Source: Salisapilia sapeloensis CBS 127946 (taxonomy: Eukaryota; Protista; Oomycota). Taken from it: 64,000 nt of DNA. The notes below the pieces were generated by a model. The model was not told where the DNA came from. It saw nothing but the letters and a program-made list of their open reading frames with translations, and did no database searches. Each line of letters begins with the position of its first letter. The first letter of the stretch is position 1. The DNA lies in assembly GCA_023334545.1 (NCBI GenBank), contig JAADVB010000038.1, positions 1-64,000 on the forward strand, read 5' to 3'. Position numbers and translations under genes: made by a program. Below are positions 57,498 to 64,000 of the stretch, piece by piece.

Positions 57498-58523
57498 ATG
57501 ACAGATAGTGTAGAAGACGTAGACCTCGGGATGGATGCGATACCAGAAACCACTCAGGGAGCCAATCCTGAGAACGAACGTAGCCTCGACGACGTTTATG
57601 AGCTGTCAAATGCGATTCGAGCCATCATTCGTGATGGCGACTTGGAAACACTATCTCGACGTCGCGTGCGACTTCAATTGGAGGATCAGTTTCAGACCGA
57701 CTTGTCTAGTTATAAAGAACTGATCAACACATATATCCTGCAGTTCATTCGAGAAGAACAGGAGGAAGAGGAGGAAGAGGCGTCAAAAGGGCTGTCCGCA
57801 CCGAAGCGCAAACGGTCGGAAGAGACAGAGTCGGATGGGACGGAGAAGGAAAAGAGTAGCACAAATCCATTCCAGCGGGAGGTATCTATCTCTCCGGAGC
57901 TAGCACGTATCGTTGGATCGAATCGTTTGCCTCGAAACCTGGTCGTAAAGACCTTGTGGGCCTACATCCATGCGCATGAGCTACAGGACCCGAAAGAGCG
58001 TAAGATGATCCTGTTGGACGATAAGCTCAAGGAAGTGTTCAAGCGTGACTCATTTACGTGCTTTGACATGAACAAGTATCTGAAGCGACATATGCGCAAA
58101 CCAGAGGACTTGCCGGTTGGCGGGTGGGACGAAATTCCTCGAGACGGTGCGTCTAGCGAGGAAGAAGAGGCACCAAAGAAGAAGAGAAAGTCTAAAAGAG
58201 ACAAGCCTGTTCGAGGCGAACGGCCACCACCTCCGTCGAGAGATCTGTCCGTGTCGCCGGAGCTAGCGGAAGTGATCGGGGACAAGATGCCTCGGACGCA
58301 GGTCGTCAAGAAGATGTGGGATTACATTAAAGAAAAGGATCTGCAGGATCCCAAGGACGGAAGGCGCATTATCTTGGATGAAACCTTACGCAAGATCTTC
58401 CGGACGGATAGCATGACCATGTTCTCCATGAACAAGTATCTCAAGGGCCATTTGAAGAAGCCGGAGGACTTGCCAGAGAGCGGATGGGATGGCCTCGAGC
58501 GTGTGCTCCCGGACGATGTTTGA
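57498..58523 (+). CDS. DEK-C plus two SWIB/MDM2 domains (UAF30/Spp27-like), copy 1
   Basis: 'LETLSRRRVRLQLEDQFQTDL' (DEK-C-like) and two SWIB domains ('SPELA..G...R..VVK.LW.YI....LQDP....I.LD..L'). Confidence 0.85.
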   Translation: MTDSVEDVDLGMDAIPETTQGANPENERSLDDVYELSNAIRAIIRDGDLETLSRRRVRLQLEDQFQTDLSSYKELINTYILQFIREEQEEEEEEASKGLSAPKRKRSEETESDGTEKEKSSTNPFQREVSISPELARIVGSNRLPRNLVVKTLWAYIHAHELQDPKERKMILLDDKLKEVFKRDSFTCFDMNKYLKRHMRKPEDLPVGGWDEIPRDGASSEEEEAPKKKRKSKRDKPVRGERPPPPSRDLSVSPELAEVIGDKMPRTQVVKKMWDYIKEKDLQDPKDGRRIILDETLRKIFRTDSMTMFSMNKYLKGHLKKPEDLPESGWDGLERVLPDDV

Positions 58524-60239
58524 GTCAATACAACGTTTAGTTCTTTACTATATACCTTCTCTACTCTAGTTTATCTTTATGTCCGTGGGCGCAACGTACG
58601 AAAGGAAAGCAACGAGTATGGCGCCATGATGCAGTTGGATCTGCAACAGTTGAATGGCATTGTGTGGAGAGAACGGAGTGTTTGTAGTTTTTAGCGAATG
58701 GAACTTGATGCGGATACTGGTACTAAAGACTCGATGCCATCCGAATGTCAATTCTATGTGGCACTTTTATTCACGTTGCTACGTGTGATACTAGAATAAT
58801 TTCTTGCATCCGTAAAATTACTTGTGAATAGCAAGTATTGTCAAAGAGGACATGCACAGAAGAAAGATGCAAGTCGCCCAAATTACCATTCAAGTTCAGC
58901 CTCGTTTTCTAATAAAACACCACTATCTTCTAATGAAACTATTTTGGTATACAAAATAACCATGAAATAGTGCATTTATCAAAAAACGCTGTTAAAGTGG
59001 TAATCACGCCAACCAGTTTTTGGACAGCACGGTTGACGGTCGAGGTCAGCTCATCTCTCGTTCATCTCCGGCATGACAGAAAGCGTGGAGGACGTAGATG
59101 TCGGCATGGAGTCGATGCCAGATACCACTGAGGAAGCCAAAACTTCGAGCGAAAGTAGTCTCGAGTACGCTATTGAGCTGGTGAAGGCGCTTCGAGCCAT
59201 CCTTCGCGAACACGACTTGGAAACGCTGTCTCGCCGTCGCGTGCGACTTCAATTGGAGGATCAGTTTCAGACCGACTTATCTACTTATAAAGACTTCATC
59301 AACTCTTCTATCCTGCTGTTCATTCGGGAACAACAGGAGGTAGAGGAGAAGGAAGCGAAGCGTAAGCGGCCGAGGAAGCAATCGAATCCGAATCCGAATA
59401 TCAGAAATCGTTTACACACTCCTTATGTGGAGGTGTGTGTATCTCCGGAGCTAGCACGAGTCATCGGATTGGATCGTTGTAAACGAATCGAGGCTTTGCG
59501 GAAATTATGGGCCTACATCCAAGAGCATCGGCTACAGAAAGCGAATTGCCGTCGGGTCATCCGGCTCGACGATACGCTCAAGAAAGTGTTCAAGCGTGAC
59601 ACTATGACGAACGCGACGATTCACAGATATCTGGCACGACATATGCGCAGACCACAGGACATGCCAAAGGGTGGGTGGAAGAAAATCCGTCGAAGTGGTG
59701 CGTCGAGCGACGAAGAGGAGGAGGAGAAAAAGGTAGAGCCACCAAAGAGAAAGCGACGGAAGAAGATGAAGGAGAATGATAAACGCAGGCATGCAAAACT
59801 CAACGAGAAGAAGGTGTCTGTGTCGCCCGAGCTGGCAGAAGTGGTCGGGGACAACATCCCTTATGCGCAGGTCGTCAAGAAGATGTGGGATTACATTAAA
59901 GAAAAGGATCTGCAGGATCCCAAGGATAGACGGCGCATTATCTTGGATGAAACCTTGCGCAAGATCTTCAGAATCGAATCTGTGAATGCGTTCACCTTGA
60001 ACAAGTACGTCTATAAGCATTTGAAGAAGCCGGAGGACTTACCGGAGAATGGGTGGGACGGCGTCGAGCGTGTGCTCCCGGACGATGTTTGAGTCAATAC
60101 AACGTTTAGTTCTTTACTATATACCTTCTCTACTCTAGTTTATCTCTATGTCCGTGGGCGCAACGTACGAAAGGAAAGCAACGAGTATGGCGCCATGATG
60201 CAGTTGGATCTGCAACAGTTGAATGGCATTGTGTGGAGA
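58495..60239 (+). repeat. Direct repeat pair from a ~1.57-kb tandem duplication: 58495-58670 and 60064-60239
   Basis: A 176-bp block covering the last codons and 3' flank is identical apart from one mismatch that I found (TTATCT[T/C]TATG). Offset 1569 bp. Confidence 0.9.
59073..60092 (+). CDS. DEK-C plus two SWIB/MDM2 domains, copy 2 (tandem paralog)
   Basis: Same architecture as copy 1. The first SWIB is divergent; the second is close to copy 1. Confidence 0.85.
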   Translation: MTESVEDVDVGMESMPDTTEEAKTSSESSLEYAIELVKALRAILREHDLETLSRRRVRLQLEDQFQTDLSTYKDFINSSILLFIREQQEVEEKEAKRKRPRKQSNPNPNIRNRLHTPYVEVCVSPELARVIGLDRCKRIEALRKLWAYIQEHRLQKANCRRVIRLDDTLKKVFKRDTMTNATIHRYLARHMRRPQDMPKGGWKKIRRSGASSDEEEEEKKVEPPKRKRRKKMKENDKRRHAKLNEKKVSVSPELAEVVGDNIPYAQVVKKMWDYIKEKDLQDPKDRRRIILDETLRKIFRIESVNAFTLNKYVYKHLKKPEDLPENGWDGVERVLPDDV

Positions 60240-60278
60240 ACAAGAGACCCTCGGAGCGTTTTCAGAATTTTTGAGCGA

Positions 60279-63200
60279 ATGGAAATGGACATGGAGGACG
60301 TGCCGCGTGCTGACGGTCTTCCTGCGTCCATGGACGGTAGTGGACTAGAAGACGATGGCGCGGAGTGTCGTGTGTGTCGTGGAGAAGCAGTACGTTCTTA
60401 CATATCGTATCTCAATCGTATTGAAAATGGATTCATCGTGTGCTCTAGGAACCCGGTCGACGTCTCTTCGCTCCATGCAAATGTAGTGGTAGCATCCGCT
60501 TTACCCATGACGATTGTCTCGAGCAATGGCTTGAGCACTCGAACAAGAGCTTTTGCGAATTGTGCGGACACGAGTTCCAGTTCAAGCCTCTTTACGATGA
60601 AAACGCACCAGCGGTGCTACCGTGGTCCGAGCTCTTTTCGACCATGTTTGGTCTCGTTTTCACTCGTTACGTTCCGTACTTGTTCCGTGTCTCGCTCGTT
60701 ATCATCATGTGGCTCGGCTTTGCGCCGTGGGTCACGAGTTGGTTCTATCGCATGTGGATGCTCCGTGCGTCGGCGATGAGTCAAGTGGATTTCACCCAGC
60801 CTTCGCGTGTCCTGTCGGACATTTACGCCGGCATCATCCTTGTTGCTCTAATCATCTTTTCCTTCCTCGCTCTCATGTCTTTCGCCGACTTCCTCCGCTT
60901 CCATCTCGACGAACTCGATGCGGACTCCCAGGAAGCACAAGAACCTGTGCGTCCTCGAAACATCCCGGAAGGTCCTGTTCAACAGCAGATGTGGGAGGAT
61001 GGAGACAGTGACGACGAATGGCAGGAAGAGGAGCAAGCGGAGGACGTCGCGAATCGACAAGATGCTCGTCCGCCTCCTCCGCCGCCGAATAATAATCAAG
61101 AATGGGATGATGATATGGGGAATATGGAAATCAACATTGATGTGGAAGAGCTGCTGGGTGTCCGAGGTGACATTGTCGTCCTCTTCCGGAATGTCTCGTG
61201 CCTCGTGGCGTTCAACGGCGCCTACCTCGGTCTCTTCGCCTTCATCCCCTACACACTCGGCAGCACCATCCTCGCAGGCTTCACACGCCTTGTCCTGTCG
61301 TTTCCTATGCTCGAGACTGGTGTGAACACCTTGTCGTCCGTCATCCAGACGTACGAGACGCCGCATCCAGGCAGCTGGCGCTTCCTCGCGGCTTTCACCG
61401 GTCGAAAGCTCTTGGAGAGCATGGAGTCTGCGAATGCTAATGGTGACTGTCTTCGTCTCATTGACTTTTGCACCTGTATTGCTGGTTTGTTGTCCATTTG
61501 CTCCACGATCGTCCTCTGGCGTTTCGTCGTGAAGCGTATCGCCAAGTACGTCGATCGTCCGGTCTTGTCCGGTCTGCTCTGGGCCTTGAGGTACTTAACA
61601 GCTATCGTCAAAGTCTCGACGCTCTTGATCCTCAAGATGATGGTGCTTCCCATCGTCCTCGGCCTCGGCATCGACTTTGCGACGCTCCAGTTGTTCGAAG
61701 CGACAGCAGAGGAACGCGTCGAGTTCTTCATGACGTACATGCTCGGCACGTTACTCTTGCATTGGGTGCTCGGCATCACCTTTATGCTCTTTGTCACTGT
61801 CGCTGTGCTCCATCTGCGTGAAGTCATGCACCCGGACATTCTGTCTAAGGTCATTCGACCACAGGAGAACCATCCAGACCTCTTGCGGACCTTGTTGAGC
61901 GAGCGATGGGGCAAGCACATTCGTCGTATGATGCTGTCTCTAGCCATCTACACTGCTCTCCTCGTCGTCCTCGTCCATCTTCCTGTCCGAACTGCTCATG
62001 CTCTTTTGCCATCCTTGTTCCCTCTCGTCATCCGTCTTCAGTACTTCCAAAAGGACGTCCAAGTGCCACTTGAGCTCTTGGCCGTCCACTTTGTCGTGCT
62101 CGCGGTCTTGGAACTGACGAAGAACCAGATCGGACGCTTCCAGCATATTGCGATTAAACACTCTTGTCAGCTCCTTGGTCTCTCCGACTACCTTCTCCCG
62201 CGTATCCCCAAAGTCCGTCGATCCCACCGTCGTGGACAGCAACCGGCAGATGTCCATATCCTCCCTCCTCCTCCACTCCACTTCCACCCGCTCGTACGTC
62301 TGCCGCCAGACCAATTACGTGTACAAGGTCGACGGTACGTCCCGTGGCCGGAAGAAGGCGTGGAGTACCCGCAGCCGATGGAGTTTGACCTCCTACCACG
62401 TAGTCGACCTACTTACCTCTGGCTGCGTCTCTCTGGTCTCTTCCTCATTGGCTGGATGCTCTGTGTCATGGTCCTAAGCATCGCTCTCTTCGCCACGCTC
62501 TGGATCGGTCGTGTCAGCACACGTCCATTCGAGCGTCTCACGGGCATCGAGCACGACCCGCTCGCCTTTGCTGCTGGCGTCGAGATCGGCGCGTCCCTCC
62601 TGCAGGCGCTGCATGCACTCAATCGCTTGACTCTTCCGAGAAAAGCGATCGACTCGTCTCTTCTACGACGTGGCTATGGCGTCCGGAACCTAACGCCATG
62701 GAATGGTGTCCTTGCGGCCGTCGGATGGGGCTTCGTAGCGCCCATGATGACCGGACATGTTGTCCATGCTGTCTTCCCTGCCGCTAAGTGTTCTCTCCAC
62801 GAGATCTTCTGGCTCGGCTACTTGCTCTTCAACACTTGTTCCTGGCTCTTGTGTGCCTTCCGATCGCGCCATCGAGCACAGCACGCTCGGCAGCGACCTC
62901 CGGAAGGAGACATGTGGGCCGTGATGGAAGAGCTGGAGCAGGAGGAAGAAGAGGAGTTTCTGAATGAGATGCAAGTGGAGGAAGACGAGGTCGAGGTCCA
63001 GACGGAAGCCGAGGAAGACTTTGTATCGGCCTTTCGACGTGTCTATCGGCAAGTCCGCTTCACGGTGCATGTCCATGAAAGCGATGCCGTGCGACTGCGT
63101 GATGATGATCTGCGAGACAAGTGTCTCGACGTGCGTTACTTTGTCAAGCAAGTGCTTGTACCGATCTTGACGTTTTTACTCTGCATGTTGCTCGCACCGA

Positions 63201-63409
63201 CCTTGTTGTCGTTCGTGACGCTGTTTCTAGTCGCGGATGCATCTAGTCTTGAGAAGACGTCGTTTGCGATCACGGCGTTGGGTCTCGTGTCGGGATATGT
63301 CTTGATCTGGTCTCACAAGCGCGTGAGTCGATGGCTGGCGAATGTGTGCGAGTCCATTCGGAATGAACGGTACTTGATCGGACGACAGTTGCAGGATATG
63401 GCGAGATAG
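60279..63409 (+). CDS. MARCHF6: RING-CH (RINGv) multipass E3 ligase MARCH6/Doa10; one intron
   Basis: 'CRVCRGEA|EPGRRLFAPCKCSGSIRFTHDDCLEQWLEH...CELC', many TM segments and a C-terminal 'IRNERYLIGRQL'. Confidence 0.93.
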
Positions 63410-63578
63410 ACGAATACAGAGAATGGCAAATTGTATCATGCAAGTCTTATTTGGCATCAATCGGATGGAGGTAGAAGGGATATCATATCCTGCAGACACT
63501 TAGTAGACTGTAGGGATACATGGTAAATCGGTCATCTAGCATACTTTAATCAATATATTTTCTGGAAAGAGTCTATTG

Positions 63579-63914
63579 CTACTGTTCCAATCTGAGTATA
63601 ACTTCAAGGACACGAGGTGAGCTACACGAGGGCGCATCGTATTCGATCTGCTTCGATTCGAGGTAGATAGGCCATGAATGACGGTGATGTAGTAACTTAT
63701 ATGCGATTGCACGGTAGATACGAGCTTGGAACGGTCGTCCAACTTTACTGTCATTCTTGTAAAAGGCCGTTGCTACATATATCACACAGACATGAGGAAG
63801 GTCGTATCGGACGTGGCTCTGCCCAAGGGACTGCACTCGGAGAGAATCAAGTGGCTGTATGAAGGTGGTGCAGCAGGAGCAGATACCAAGGCTGCTGACT
63901 TGAAAGGATATCAT
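63579..63914 (-). CDS. Possible 3' exon(s) of a gene extending beyond the window
   Basis: A protein-like 111-aa ORF converging on MARCH6. No family recognised. Confidence 0.25.
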   Translation of the reverse strand: MISFQVSSLGICSCCTTFIQPLDSLRVQSLGQSHVRYDLPHVCVIYVATAFYKNDSKVGRPFQARIYRAIAYKLLHHRHSWPIYLESKQIEYDAPSCSSPRVLEVILRLEQ

Positions 63915-64000
63915 CTACTCTACTGGATGCAGACGTCCATGCGAACACGTTATAATTATGCTCTCGGTACCTCTTCTCCACTACTTTGTTATATACTTTA

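Noticed and set aside
1-64000. Operon, defence island, CRISPR array, rRNA/tRNA genes, telomeric repeats or intact transposons
   Set aside because: None were seen. The genes are spliced eukaryotic housekeeping genes with no shared pathway suggesting a functional cluster.

Overview
Eukaryotic nuclear DNA, most likely from a compact-genome oomycete. Evidence: a PAN/Apple (CBEL-type) domain, an oomycete-type multipass membrane protein, a FYVE-rich domain fusion, and short (~40-70 nt) GT-AG introns with CTRAC branch points. About 30 densely packed genes are present: Gemin2, DNAJB12, HMCES/SRAP, glutamate decarboxylase, Mpp10, a peroxisomal SDR, Ubc12, CTP synthase, an Elp3-like enzyme, Prp22, CCT8, two KDSR-like SDRs, ATP10, tandem SWIB genes, MARCH6/Doa10 and several hypotheticals. 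I found no recognisable transposon, rRNA, tRNA or CRISPR array. The outstanding anomaly is an ORF-poor ~7 kb gap (about 20.4-27.4 kb) with a ~3.5 kb AT-rich trough (sampled 60-nt lines give 15-32% GC, against roughly 45-65% in genes). The trough has graded edges, an inversion of both AT and GC skew near 23.4-23.85 kb, and a cluster of quasi-palindromic TTG(A/T)CAA motifs around that point. My best inference is a short, transposon-free regional centromere that also acts as a fixed replication origin, unlike the long transposon-rich centromeres described in Phytophthora sojae. Other leads are a tail-anchored Elp3, a probably catalytically dead KDSR paralog, a FYVE-J-FYVE-PX coiled-coil protein, a Kelch-TM-RING receptor-like ligase and an asymmetrically diverged SWIB duplication. 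All calls are by eye from the sequence and ORF track; no searches were run. Coordinates of spliced genes are outer bounds.
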